From an uncultured Candidatus Peribacteria bacterium (GTDB lineage: Bacteria > Patescibacteriota > Gracilibacteria > Peribacterales > Peribacteraceae), in NCBI GenBank assembly GCA_964423795.1, contig CAYRGC010000004.1:1032-65031 (forward strand): a stretch of 64,000 bases of DNA, read 5' to 3'. The notes below the pieces were generated by a model. It saw only the letters and a list, made by a program, of their open reading frames with translations, had not been told where the DNA came from and did no database searches. The position numbers were made by a program, and so were the translations under genes. How positions within the stretch are numbered: position 1 is the stretch's first letter; each line of letters opens with the position of its first letter. Shown here piece after piece: positions 1 to 8,801 of this stretch.

Positions 1-122
1 CGGAAACCGGCGTCTTCTCGGAGGAGTTCATCGCGAACTACATCGCCCAGAAGCGCACGGAGGTGCACGAGTCCAACATGCGCCCGTCTCCGTACGAGTT
101 CTTCAAGTACTTCGACGCGTAA
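1..122 (+). CDS. glnA: glutamine synthetase, C-terminal fragment (5' end outside window)
   Basis: Frame 3 reads ETGVFSEEFIANYIAQKRTEVHESNMRPSPYEFFKYFDA, ending at TAA 120-122. This resembles the conserved C-terminal tail of type I glutamine synthetases. amt follows directly, which is classic synteny. Confidence 0.65.
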   Translation, partial: ETGVFSEEFIANYIAQKRTEVHESNMRPSPYEFFKYFDA

Positions 123-152
123 TTCGTCATTTGAAATTCGACGTTCGTCATT
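123..152. repeat. short-period repeat (TTCGTCATT ... TTCGTCATT), ATTCG family
   Basis: The sequence ttcgtcatttgaaattcgacgttcgtcatt lies between glnA and amt. The same TTCGTCATT/ATTCGNC motif recurs at 2518-2556. Confidence 0.6.
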
Positions 153-168
153 TTTTTCTCCCCTCTCT

Positions 169-1524
169 ATGGAGCTTTCCGCCGCCGATCTCAAACTCGC
201 CGTCGATACCGTCTGGACCCTGCTCGCGGGCTGCCTCGTCTTCTGGATGGGCACCGGGTTCGCGATGCTCGAGGCCGGTCTCGCCCGCGCCAAGCACACG
301 ACCAACGTGCTCGCCATGAACTACGGCGTGCTGGCCGTGTCGGCCCTCGCCTTCTGGGCGATCGGCTTCGGATTGATGTTCGCGGACGGCAACGCCGTCG
401 TGGGCCTCGGGGGATTCTTCCCCTCCTTCACGGGGGACACGTCGATCTTCTCGTCGCTCGCCTGGTCGACGATTCCCGCCTCCGCGAAGTTCTTCTTCCA
501 ACTCGCCTTCGCCGACGCGGCGGCGAGCATCGTGTCGGGCATCGTCGCCGAGCGCATGAAGTTCTCGGCGTACATGCTCTTCTCGGTCCTGCTCATCGGC
601 ATCCTCTATCCGATCGCCGGACACTGGGCCTGGGGCGGCGGGTTCTTAAGCAAGCTTTCGATCCCGTTCCAGGACTTCGCGGGATCGACGATCGTCCACT
701 CCGTCGGCGGCTGGTGCTGCCTCACGGGCACGATTCTCCTCGGTCCGCGCATCGGCAAGTTCGTAAACGGCAAGGCGCGCTCGTTCCCGGCGCATAACCT
801 CTCGCTCGCCACGCTCGGCACCCTCATCCTCTGGATGGGCTGGTTCGGCTTCAACGCGGGCAGCACGATGGCCGCCGACGCCCGCGCCATGTCCCACGTG
901 ATGGCGACGACCATGCTCGCGGGAGCCGCCGGCATGACCTCGGCGATGGCGCTCTCGTACCGGTACCGCAAGAACGCGGACCTCGGCGTGATGCTCAACG
1001 GCACGCTCGCCGGCCTCGTGGCCATCACGGCGGGCTGCAACGCCGTCTCCATGATCGGAGCCGTCTGCATCGGGCTGCTCTCCGGCGCGCTCTGCTACGC
1101 GGCGGGCCCCGCCTTCGACAAGCTCCGGCTCGACGATCCCGTGGGCGCCCTCTCGGTGCACTTGGTCAACGGCGTCTTCGGGACGCTCGCCGTCGGGCTT
1201 TTCGCCACCAAGGCGGGCTCCGTCGGCTCCTTCGACGGCCTCTTCTACGGCGGCGGCACAGCACTTCTCTGGAGCCAGATCGTCGGCGTCGCTTCGGTCG
1301 GCGCCTTCATGGTCGCGGGCTCCGCCGTCTGCTGGCTCCTGGTGAAAATGGCGCTGGGCGGCCTGCGCGTGCCGGCCAGCGTGGAGCTGGAAGGCCTCGA
1401 CATGCACCAGCACGGCGCACTGGCATACGTGCACATCGACGTGGACGACCTCGCGCGGGACGACGTGCCGAGCGCGAAGACCATCGCCAAGACGATCATC
1501 GAGGAGACGGTACTGACCCGCTGA
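169..1524 (+). CDS. amt: ammonium transporter (Amt/MEP family)
   Basis: 451-aa ORF with many hydrophobic segments. Amt-type motifs are present: LLAGCLVFWMGTGFAMLEAG, DFAGSTIVHSVGGW, and GLDMHQHG near the C-terminus. Confidence 0.95.
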   Translation: MELSAADLKLAVDTVWTLLAGCLVFWMGTGFAMLEAGLARAKHTTNVLAMNYGVLAVSALAFWAIGFGLMFADGNAVVGLGGFFPSFTGDTSIFSSLAWSTIPASAKFFFQLAFADAAASIVSGIVAERMKFSAYMLFSVLLIGILYPIAGHWAWGGGFLSKLSIPFQDFAGSTIVHSVGGWCCLTGTILLGPRIGKFVNGKARSFPAHNLSLATLGTLILWMGWFGFNAGSTMAADARAMSHVMATTMLAGAAGMTSAMALSYRYRKNADLGVMLNGTLAGLVAITAGCNAVSMIGAVCIGLLSGALCYAAGPAFDKLRLDDPVGALSVHLVNGVFGTLAVGLFATKAGSVGSFDGLFYGGGTALLWSQIVGVASVGAFMVAGSAVCWLLVKMALGGLRVPASVELEGLDMHQHGALAYVHIDVDDLARDDVPSAKTIAKTIIEETVLTR

Positions 1525-1548
1525 ATCCGACGGTGAAAAGAAACAGCG

Positions 1549-1574
1549 AAGGCGTGCGTGCGCACGCCTTTTGC
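1549..1574 (+). terminator. rho-independent terminator candidate downstream of amt
   Basis: Perfect inverted repeat GGCGTGCG/CGCACGCC followed by TTTTG, about 25 nt after the amt stop. Confidence 0.5.
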
Positions 1575-1592
1575 TTATGGGTAGACTGCGGC

Positions 1593-1760
1593 ATGACCGA
1601 GAAAGACCCCCGCCCGGCCGACGACCGTTGCCCGATCTGCGGCGGCGGCCTCGTGACAAAGAAGCTCAAGCGCTTCTGCGCCGTGTGCGGGCAGCTGTGC
1701 GAGACGTGTTGTGATGGAGGGTGTGAGTTACGGGTTACGGGTTTCGAGACTGTCCCGTAA
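1593..1760 (+). CDS. small Cys-rich (zinc-ribbon-like) hypothetical protein, 55 aa
   Basis: ATG 1593 lies just after the amt terminator. The protein MTEKDPRPADDRCPICGGG..x..CAVCGQLCETCCDGGC has CxxC...CxxC spacing. The last 11 codons are encoded by the GTTACGG hairpin. No homolog recognised. Confidence 0.35.
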   Translation: MTEKDPRPADDRCPICGGGLVTKKLKRFCAVCGQLCETCCDGGCELRVTGFETVP

Positions 1761-1775
1761 CTCGTAACCCGTAAC
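1727..1775. repeat. foldback of heptamer repeats, GTTACGG family
   Basis: Arm 1 is GTTACGG GTTACGG GTTTCG, the loop is agactgt, and arm 2 is CCCGTAAC TCGTAAC CCGTAAC. It lies between the convergent small ORF and nth. Confidence 0.85.
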
Positions 1776-1786
1776 TGCAATCATTC

Positions 1787-2461
1787 CTACTTCTTTTTCT
1801 TGCCTCCACTTTTGGCCAAATCCGGCTTCCCCCTCGTCCACGACGACGGGCATCGGTCCTGGAACGGGCACTCGTCACACTTGCGGTTATAGGCGGTGCA
1901 AACGGCCCGGCCGTGGCTGATCATCTGGGTGTTGATCTCCCCCCAGTCCTCCGGCGGGAGGGCCTTCATCATGTCGAGCTCGATCTTCTTCGGGTCGCGG
2001 TGCCTGGTGAGCCCCAATCGCAGGCTGATGCGCGTCACGTGCGTATCGACCGCGATGCCGAGGTTCTTGCCGAAACTGGCATACAGGATGATCGACGCGG
2101 TCTTCCGCCCGACGCCCGGGAGCGTGACGAGCTCTTCCATCGTCCGGGGAACCTCTCCGTCGAATTTCTCGAGCAACGTCCGGCTGAGCTCGCGGATGAA
2201 CGTCGCCTTGTTCCGGAACGTCCCGCACGAGTGGATCATGGTCTCGATCTCCGCCTGCGGCGCCTTCGCGAGGCGCTGCGGATCCGGGTACTTCGTAAAC
2301 AGCGCCGGCGTGACGGTGTTCACCCGCGCGTCGGTGCACTGAGCGCTCAGGATCGTCGCAACCAGAAGCTGAAAAGGCGTCGTATGGTCCAGGAACGTCC
2401 GGGGCGGTTTGTAGGTCCTGCGCAGGACCTCGAGGACGCCGGCGGCGGTGAGTTTTTCCAT
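1787..2461 (-). CDS. nth: endonuclease III
   Basis: 224 aa from ATG at 2461. It has the HhH motif LVTLPGVGRKTA and the 4Fe-4S cluster C-x6-C-x2-C-x5-C (CTAYNRKCDECPFQDRC). The 476-aa track ORF is an upstream read-through. Confidence 0.95.
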   Translation of the reverse strand: MEKLTAAGVLEVLRRTYKPPRTFLDHTTPFQLLVATILSAQCTDARVNTVTPALFTKYPDPQRLAKAPQAEIETMIHSCGTFRNKATFIRELSRTLLEKFDGEVPRTMEELVTLPGVGRKTASIILYASFGKNLGIAVDTHVTRISLRLGLTRHRDPKKIELDMMKALPPEDWGEINTQMISHGRAVCTAYNRKCDECPFQDRCPSSWTRGKPDLAKSGGKKKK

Positions 2462-2517
2462 GGAAGAAGACGATAGCAGGTCGATGACGAATCGCGGGTG
2501 AATTTTTCCTTTTTCAC

Positions 2518-2556
2518 CTTCGTCATTCGCCATTCGACATTCGAAATGTCGACGAC
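2518..2556. repeat. heptamer array with central palindrome, ATTCG family
   Basis: CTTCGTC ATTCGCC ATTCGAC ATTCGAA ATGTCGA CGACG. It contains the hairpin CGACAT-tcga-ATGTCG and lies in the divergent nth / exonuclease spacer. Confidence 0.75.
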
Positions 2557-2590
2557 GATGTGATGGCGTCATAAAGGTTTCCAGATCACA

Positions 2591-3208
2591 ATGACAGTTC
2601 CGATCCGTCGTCTGTATCGTCCCACTCCCATGGCCCTTCCGCCGCTCACCATTTTCGACATCGAGACCACCGGTCTCGACGCGCGCAAAGGCCACCGCCT
2701 GGTGGAGATCGGCGGCGTGCGTTTCGAGAACAGCGAGATCCTGCGGGACAGGACGTTCAGCTCCTTCGTGAACCCGGAACGCGAGATCCCCTTCGAGGCC
2801 CGGCAGGTGAATAAGATCTCCGACGACATGGTAAAGGACGCCCCGCGCATCGAGGAGGTGCTCCCAAAGTTCCTGGAATTCGCCGCGGGAACGGCGCTCG
2901 TCGCCCACAACGCCGCGTTCGACTTCTCTTTCCTGGAAGCGGAGAAGGAATACTGCTGGGGCTACGTGGAACTTCCCGAATGCTTCTGCACGATGAAGAT
3001 GAGCCAGTACCTGCATCCGCAGGACTTCCGCCATTCGCTCGACGTCCTCACCCGCAAATTCAACCTGCAATCGCCGACCATGCGTCACCGCGCGCTCGAC
3101 GACGCCATCCTCGCCGCCGAGGTGCTGCAGAAGATGCTCGCGACGGGCCGTATTCGGTCGCTGGAGGACCTGCGGAAGTGCGCCACGGTGAAGCAACTCG
3201 TGAAGTGA
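2591..3208 (+). CDS. DnaQ-like 3'-5' exonuclease (DNA polymerase III epsilon family)
   Basis: Exo motifs are FDIETTG, ALVAHNAAFDFSFL and HRALDDA. The start may instead be the internal Met at 2630. Confidence 0.85.
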   Translation: MTVPIRRLYRPTPMALPPLTIFDIETTGLDARKGHRLVEIGGVRFENSEILRDRTFSSFVNPEREIPFEARQVNKISDDMVKDAPRIEEVLPKFLEFAAGTALVAHNAAFDFSFLEAEKEYCWGYVELPECFCTMKMSQYLHPQDFRHSLDVLTRKFNLQSPTMRHRALDDAILAAEVLQKMLATGRIRSLEDLRKCATVKQLVK

Positions 3209-3284
3209 CGCGCCCAAGGGGAGCTGTAAAACCCCTCGAAACGAGAATTTTGGCTCACAGAGGCGAATCTGTTAGAATTTCGTC

Positions 3285-3746
3285 GTGACCGTTCTCCCCA
3301 TCCTCACCGGCGCGGACCATCCGCTGCTCCGCACGAAGGGGAAGAAAGTGGAGAAAGTAACCAAGAAGGTCCTGGACCTGATCAAGGACATGGGCGAGAC
3401 GATGCTCAAGGCCGACGGCGTGGGCCTCGCGGCTCCGCAGGTGGGAGAGTCGCTCCGGATTTGCATCGTGCCGATCAACAACAAGTTCACCGCGCTCATC
3501 GACCCCGAGATCACCTCGAAGAGCGAGGAGACGAACGTGGACGAGGAAGGCTGCCTCAGCCTCCCGGGCGTGTATCTGCCGATCGCGCGCAGCAGCGCCG
3601 TGACGCTCACGTACACGGACACCAAAGGACAGCATCAGGAGCGCAAACTCGAGATGTTCGAAGCCCGCGTCGCCCAGCACGAAGTGGACCACCTGGACGG
3701 CATCCTGATCGTCGATAAACCGACGCCGAAGGGGAAGAAACTGTAA
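3285..3746 (+). CDS. def: peptide deformylase
   Basis: Motifs GVGLAAPQ, EGCLSLPG and HEVDHLDG. The start codon is GTG. Confidence 0.95.
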   Translation: MTVLPILTGADHPLLRTKGKKVEKVTKKVLDLIKDMGETMLKADGVGLAAPQVGESLRICIVPINNKFTALIDPEITSKSEETNVDEEGCLSLPGVYLPIARSSAVTLTYTDTKGQHQERKLEMFEARVAQHEVDHLDGILIVDKPTPKGKKL

Positions 3747-3767
3747 AACCTCCATCCCGCCCATCGG

Positions 3768-3850
3768 GCCCCTTCCTCCGAAGAGGGAGGGGAATATATC
3801 TTGAGAAGAAGTCCCCTCCTCCCCCGGAGGAGGGTTAGGGTGGAGGAATA
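3768..3850. repeat. two adjacent CCTCC/GGAGG hairpins (possible def terminator)
   Basis: Hairpins ccccttcctcc-gaag-agggagggg and cccctcctcc-ccc-ggaggagggttagggtggagg lie between def and gatB. Confidence 0.55.
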
Positions 3851-3891
3851 CGGGTTCTTCATATTCTAGGTTTCCTGCTACTATTTTACTG

Positions 3892-5319
3892 ATGGTCAAG
3901 AATCTGGAAGTCATCATCGGCCTCGAAGTCCACGCCCAAGTGAACTCGAAGACCAAGATGTTCTGCGGGTGTTCCACGGACGCGTTCGGCAAGGAGCCGA
4001 ACACCACCGTGTGCGAGATCTGCATGGGCCACCCGGGCACGCTCCCGGTGCCCAACGCCGTCGTGCTCGAGAAGGCGATTTCCACCTCCCTCGCGCTCGG
4101 CTGCACCGTGAACCCCGACTGCCACTTCGACCGCAAGCATTACTTCTACCCGGATCTCCCGTACGGGTTCCAGATTTCCCAGTACGACTATCCGCTCGCC
4201 TCGAAGGGCGCGGTGACGTACCTCGTGGGGAAGGAAGAGAAGCGCTGCGGCATCACGCGCCTGCACCTGGAGAACGACGCGGGAAAGCTCTCTCACCGCG
4301 GCGACGTGACGCTCTGCGACTACAACCGCGCGGGCTCGCCGCTCATGGAGATCGTGACGGAACCGGATCTGCGTTCGGCCGACGAGGCCAGCGCGTTCGC
4401 CCAGGAACTGCGCCGCATCCTGCTCGCCGTCGACGCCTCGGAGGCCGACATGTTCAAGGGGATGATGCGCTTCGACGCCTCGATCTCGCTCCGCGAGAAA
4501 GGCACGACCACGCTCAACCCCCGCAGCGAGATCAAGAACCTCAACTCCTTCCGCGCCCTCGAGCGCGCGCTCGCCTATGAGGAGGAACGCCTTCGCAAGC
4601 TCTGGGAGGAGACGGGCAAGCCGCTCCCCGGGAACATCACGGTGGGATGGATGGACGACGAGGGCCGCACGCGGCTGCTCCGTGACAAGGAATCCGCCGA
4701 CGACTACCGGTATTTCCCCGAACCGGACATCCCGCCGCTCGTGACGAGCGCCGACACGATCGCCAGGGCGAAAGCCGCGCTCCCCCGCCTTCCCGCCGCC
4801 CAGCGCGCGCACTACGCGGGCCTCGGGCTCTCGGAAGCGGAAGTCACCCTCCTGCTCGACGAATCCCGTCTGCAGAAGCTCTTCGACGCCGTGGAGGCGA
4901 AGACGGGCGACGGCAAGCGCGCCTCGAGCCTCGTGCTCTCGCAACTGCTCGGGTTCCTCAACGCCGCCGAAAAGACGATCGAAGACGCCCCGGGTGTGGA
5001 GGACGTGCTCGCGCTCGTGGACGCCGTCGACAAGGGCGCGATCTCCGGCAACGCCGCGAAGACCGTGCTCGAGAAGATGGTCGAGACCGGCAAGAAGCCC
5101 GGCGACATCATCAAGGAGGAGGGCATGGCCCAGATCTCGGATACCGGCGCCATCGAGGCAGCGGTCAAGGAAGCCGTGGAGAAGAACCCCAAGGCCATCG
5201 AGGACTACAAGAACGGCAAGCAGCAGGCCATCGGGGCCATCGTGGGCTACGTGATGAAGCAGACCAAGGGGCAGGCGAACCCCGCAATCGTGCAACAGGT
5301 GCTGAAGAAGTACCTCTGA
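3892..5319 (+). CDS. gatB: Asp-tRNA(Asn)/Glu-tRNA(Gln) amidotransferase subunit B
   Basis: 475 aa. It has the N-terminal IGLEVHAQVNSKTKMFCGCS motif and a C-terminal GatB/YqeY-like tail (GQANPAIVQQVLKKYL). Confidence 0.95.
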   Translation: MVKNLEVIIGLEVHAQVNSKTKMFCGCSTDAFGKEPNTTVCEICMGHPGTLPVPNAVVLEKAISTSLALGCTVNPDCHFDRKHYFYPDLPYGFQISQYDYPLASKGAVTYLVGKEEKRCGITRLHLENDAGKLSHRGDVTLCDYNRAGSPLMEIVTEPDLRSADEASAFAQELRRILLAVDASEADMFKGMMRFDASISLREKGTTTLNPRSEIKNLNSFRALERALAYEEERLRKLWEETGKPLPGNITVGWMDDEGRTRLLRDKESADDYRYFPEPDIPPLVTSADTIARAKAALPRLPAAQRAHYAGLGLSEAEVTLLLDESRLQKLFDAVEAKTGDGKRASSLVLSQLLGFLNAAEKTIEDAPGVEDVLALVDAVDKGAISGNAAKTVLEKMVETGKKPGDIIKEEGMAQISDTGAIEAAVKEAVEKNPKAIEDYKNGKQQAIGAIVGYVMKQTKGQANPAIVQQVLKKYL

Positions 5320-5369
5320 AGGAGGGAAAACGTTGCGTTCATGCCGAAGCGCTGTAGCATGCGCCTCCC

Positions 5370-5990
5370 ATGCCGATCCAAGGCATCAGACTCTCGGTTG
5401 AACCTCTCGTGAATCTGTCCTCCTGGCAGGAGGAATTGGACCGTCATGCCATCGCTCATTTCTGCGTCGAACCCGAATGTGGCAGTTTCGCCGTGAGCCC
5501 CGTCGATGCGACCGTGAAGGTGCTGAAGGAGGCGTACGGCGGAATCATTTTGGCGGGACTGGGCGCAGTGTCTTCCGAACGGACGATCGGCTTTCTCTCG
5601 TACGATCAGCGCTTGGCACCGGTCTATCACGCCACCGATCTCTCCGATGCGTACCGGAAAGCCATCGAAAAACTGCTCTCCCAGTGCGGGTCGGAGAACG
5701 TCGGACTGCTCTTGCAGGGCGGACATGACGGAAAGCCCTTGAACTCCGATCAGCGGCAATCGCATGCCACGGACCAGATGCTTCGTTTTGGAGAAGTGCT
5801 CACCAATCTATACCCCTCGGTTCCGATCCAATGCACCTTTTCGCCGCCGAGCGTCGATCTCGACCAAAAGGCCGCGTTGCTCCAGCCGATGCGCCGCCAA
5901 CTCGTCCTCTTCGAAGAACGCTACGGGGCGCCCGACTATATCAAGGCCGACAAACGGTCCATCCCGCTGGTCTTCAGAAAAGACGAGTGA
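5370..5990 (+). CDS. hypothetical protein (ORFan, visibly lower GC)
   Basis: 206-aa ORF filling the gatB-efp gap. No TM segment and no recognisable motif. Confidence 0.5.
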   Translation: MPIQGIRLSVEPLVNLSSWQEELDRHAIAHFCVEPECGSFAVSPVDATVKVLKEAYGGIILAGLGAVSSERTIGFLSYDQRLAPVYHATDLSDAYRKAIEKLLSQCGSENVGLLLQGGHDGKPLNSDQRQSHATDQMLRFGEVLTNLYPSVPIQCTFSPPSVDLDQKAALLQPMRRQLVLFEERYGAPDYIKADKRSIPLVFRKDE

Positions 5991-6548
5991 TCAAGCCCGC
6001 TCGCGATACTCGCCGGTCTCCGTGTTCACCTTCACCTTGTCGCCTTCGTTGACGAAGAGCGGCACCTGCACGACGAGGCCGGTATCCATGGTGGCGGGCT
6101 TCGAGCCGCCGGTTGCGGTATCTCCCTTCACGCCCGGGATCGTCTCCTTCACGGTGAGGATCACGGTGGAAGGCAGCTTGATGGAGATGGGCTTCTCGCC
6201 GTACATGAGCGCGTCGCACTCCAGGCTTTCCGTGAGGAAACCGACGATGCCCTCGAGGGAATCGATCTGGATGGCGAACTGGTCGTAGGTCTCGAGGTCC
6301 ATGAACGTGCATGCCTCCTGGTCCTTGTAGAGGAACTGCACGTGGCGGTAGCCGACGTCCGCGGGCTCGATCTTCTCGGATCCCTGGAAGTTCCGGGCCA
6401 TGATCACGCCCGTCTGCAGGTTCTTGAGCTTGCACTGCATGTTCGCCTTGCTCTGGCTTTTGCGGCCGAACTGGGAGGCGAGGACGAGGTACGGCTCGCC
6501 GTCAATGGAGATGGCGCGGCCCGGCTTGAGATCGGTGATGGTGTACAT
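5991..6548 (-). CDS. efp: elongation factor P
   Basis: 185 aa from ATG 6548 (MYTITDLKPGRAISIDGEPYLV...). The length and layout are EF-P-like, and the C-terminus VPLFVNEGDKVKVNTETGEY is typical. The 261-aa track ORF is an upstream read-through. Confidence 0.9.
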   Translation of the reverse strand: MYTITDLKPGRAISIDGEPYLVLASQFGRKSQSKANMQCKLKNLQTGVIMARNFQGSEKIEPADVGYRHVQFLYKDQEACTFMDLETYDQFAIQIDSLEGIVGFLTESLECDALMYGEKPISIKLPSTVILTVKETIPGVKGDTATGGSKPATMDTGLVVQVPLFVNEGDKVKVNTETGEYRERA

Positions 6549-6627
6549 AGTCGTCGGAGAAAAAGTTGTCACCGGCCGATCCTGAGCCCGTCGAAGGACG
6601 GCTTGAGATCGGTGATGGTGTACATAG
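6522..6627. repeat. perfect 29-nt direct repeat duplicating the efp start region (period 77 nt)
   Basis: cggcttgagatcggtgatggtgtacatag occurs at 6522-6550 and again at 6599-6627. The second copy opens an 18-codon uORF (6569-6625, minus strand): MYTITDLKPSFDGLRIGR. Confidence 0.9.
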
Positions 6628-6662
6628 GGCGATAGTGTGGAGACGGGGCTAGAAGACGTCAA

Positions 6663-6743
6663 GACGAGGGAAGAAGAAAGGAAAGAGCTTGGAAAAGTCT
6701 GAAAGCTTCCCAGGCTCCTCAAGCTCTTTCTTCTTTCCTCGTC
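6663..6743 (-). terminator. long imperfect hairpin immediately after the anti-sigma gene stop
   Basis: Arm gacgagggaagaagaaaggaaagagcttg (6663-6691) pairs with caagctctttcttctttcctcgtc (6720-6743). Confidence 0.5.
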
Positions 6744-8766
6744 ACTGGCATCCTTCCACGCAGCTTCCCGTGCCACTAGCTCCGTCCGCGGACGAAGCGG
6801 ACTCCTGCATGCGGCGCTGGATGGCGCGGTTCTGCTCGTCGAGAATACCGATCTGACGACGGATTTCCTGCGCGAGCCCGTTATTGGGCATCACGTGGTA
6901 GAGGCGGCGGAGGATACGGCCCTTGTCGGGACTGTGGTCGAGAGAGTGGATCTGTTCGCGGAGCTCGTTCATCTGCGAGCGCCTGAGTTCGAAGACGAAG
7001 ATCTGGCCGCGGATGCGCTGCACGTACTGCTCGACCTCCTCGTCGGTGAGCGGCGGGCGGCTGGGCTCGGACGGCAGGAGCGGATCGGTGCGGCGAGTGA
7101 GGGCGGCCGAGGAGTCCGGCAGCTTGTCCGGACGGTCATCCTGTTCCTCCACGGTGTTCTCGACGGCGGCGATGGTGGCTTCCACCTCCTGGCGCCCCTC
7201 GGGCGTGAGCACGGCGGACGTGCCGGTCTGGGCGCTGAGCGATTCGCGGACCTCGGCGAGCTTCGCCTGGGCGACGGAGAGATCCCCTTCCTCGGCGTGG
7301 CGCTTGGCGAGGGTCACCTCGTCGAGCACGGCGGCCGCGGCGACGTCCGGCTTCTCCACGGTGTCCGGCAGGGAGGCGATCGTCTCGCGGACGGCCTGCT
7401 TGAGCAGGTAGGCGTCGTCCGTGGGCAGTGCGGCGGAGGTATCGGCCGTCGCGGAGGCGACGACCTCATCCTCCAGAATCTCGTCGATCGCGGTGTCGCC
7501 GGAACCCGTGGCCACGGAAAGCACCGTGTCGCGGAACTCCTTGAGGGCGGTCTGGGCCTGCGTCTGGGCCTCGGCGCCCGTGCCCGTCGTCAGCAACGCG
7601 GCGGCTTCGCTCAGGCGGGTATTGGCGTGGTTCAGCACCTTGCGTGCCTTGGCTTCGCTGCCGAAGGTCAGGAGAACATCCACGGCCTCGGCAAGGCGCT
7701 TCACCGGATAGAGACGGGAATCGGGCAGGATGCCTGCCGACGCGGCGCGACGTTCGCGCTGCATCTGGGCGAGCTCCTTCTGGTGCACGGCGTCGCGGGC
7801 GATGTTCGCCGTCACCCAGGCATCAGCGTAGAGAGCCGTATCGAGCTTCCGGGGCGTGAGCGACTCGTCCTTCTTGAGCGTGAGTTCCTCGCCGGCGAGG
7901 ATCGAGATCGCGATGCCGCGGCGCGTGACGGTGGCGCTGCGGTCCCACGACCGCACGATCGCGGCGGACTGCGCCTCCTGATCGACGGAGAGACTCCCCT
8001 CCTGGACCGTCACCCACCCTTGGGCGGTGCCGATCGTGATGCCGCGCAGCGGCTTGGGAGCGAAGCCCATCACCCAGAGGCTGCCCTGTTCCAGGGTAAG
8101 CGTGGGCTCTCCGGAGGGAGAGGACGGACGATCGCCGACGTCGTTCAAGGAAACCGTGGTGTGGGGCGCGAGGCGGAACACGGCGTCGTCGTGGAGGACG
8201 ATCGTGAGTTCGCCGTCGTCGGTCTGGAGGCGCGAGGCCTTCTGCAGACGCAGTTCGCCCCCGATGGGCTGCCACAGGCCGCCGACGAGGATGGAAGCGG
8301 TCCCGCGGGTCGTGGTCGCCGTGATCGGCGACTCGGCCACGGTGCGCGGGGCGAGGACGAGGAGCGGGCTCAGGCGCACGACGATCGCGACCACCGCGAA
8401 CGCCGCCGCCCACTTGAGGGGGTGGAAGGCGCGGACGGGAGAGGCCTCGAGTTGCGGGGCGATGCGCGCCCAGACGGTGGACGCCGAATCGGGCGAGGGG
8501 CGCAGCGCGTCGCGGACCTTGTCCCAGAAACCGGTCGTCGCCACGGGATCCAGGCGGGAACGGACGCGCGCCCAGAGGACGGGGGCCGCCTCCGGCGCCG
8601 GCTCGAGGGCGGCGCGGGCCGTCTCAAGGAGACGGGCGGCCGTCATTTTCCGCTGCAAATTGCCAAGAACCCTGGCTTTCGCCGCCGCCGACGGGTTCAG
8701 CCCGAGAGCGCTCTGCCGGAGCAAGCGTTCGGGTTCGGCCGGGGCGGTCGACGGGGAAAGGGTCAT
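6742..8766 (-). CDS. putative anti-sigma factor / membrane protein with FecR-like and DUF5667-like domains
   Basis: 674 aa from ATG 8766, located 36 nt downstream of the ECF sigma gene. It has a single TM segment (WAAAFAVVAIVVRLSPLLVLA), a FecR-like beta region, the DUF5667-type motif PDSRLYPVKRLAEAVDVLLTF, and a long acidic/coiled-coil C-terminal part. Confidence 0.65.
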   Translation of the reverse strand: MTLSPSTAPAEPERLLRQSALGLNPSAAAKARVLGNLQRKMTAARLLETARAALEPAPEAAPVLWARVRSRLDPVATTGFWDKVRDALRPSPDSASTVWARIAPQLEASPVRAFHPLKWAAAFAVVAIVVRLSPLLVLAPRTVAESPITATTTRGTASILVGGLWQPIGGELRLQKASRLQTDDGELTIVLHDDAVFRLAPHTTVSLNDVGDRPSSPSGEPTLTLEQGSLWVMGFAPKPLRGITIGTAQGWVTVQEGSLSVDQEAQSAAIVRSWDRSATVTRRGIAISILAGEELTLKKDESLTPRKLDTALYADAWVTANIARDAVHQKELAQMQRERRAASAGILPDSRLYPVKRLAEAVDVLLTFGSEAKARKVLNHANTRLSEAAALLTTGTGAEAQTQAQTALKEFRDTVLSVATGSGDTAIDEILEDEVVASATADTSAALPTDDAYLLKQAVRETIASLPDTVEKPDVAAAAVLDEVTLAKRHAEEGDLSVAQAKLAEVRESLSAQTGTSAVLTPEGRQEVEATIAAVENTVEEQDDRPDKLPDSSAALTRRTDPLLPSEPSRPPLTDEEVEQYVQRIRGQIFVFELRRSQMNELREQIHSLDHSPDKGRILRRLYHVMPNNGLAQEIRRQIGILDEQNRAIQRRMQESASSADGASGTGSCVEGCQ

Positions 8767-8801
8767 CTGACGTGTATAGAAACGGGGAAAAAGGGCTGTT
8801 G

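Noticed and set aside
646-1659. Long antisense or alternative-frame ORFs throughout the window. Examples are 646-1659, 3886-5295, 6895-8937, 13778-15883, 24933-26618, 44388-46556, 52717-55035 and 61539-63995, plus many Arg/Gly/Pro-rich frames.
   Set aside because: They overlap well-supported genes on the opposite strand or in another frame. Their Arg/Ala/Gly/Pro-rich composition is typical of shadow ORFs in GC-rich DNA, and they have no recognisable motifs.
1787-3217. 476-aa ORF fusing nth with upstream sequence. Similar N-terminal read-throughs occur for efp (to 6776), the anti-sigma gene (to 9138), guaA (to 12162), polX (to 34941), the kinase (to 38383), the GT2-GtrA gene (to 44896), gmd (to 50799) and the DUF692-like gene (to 62056).
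   Set aside because: The conserved protein begins at an internal start in each case. The extensions run through neighbouring genes or spacers and have shadow-ORF composition.
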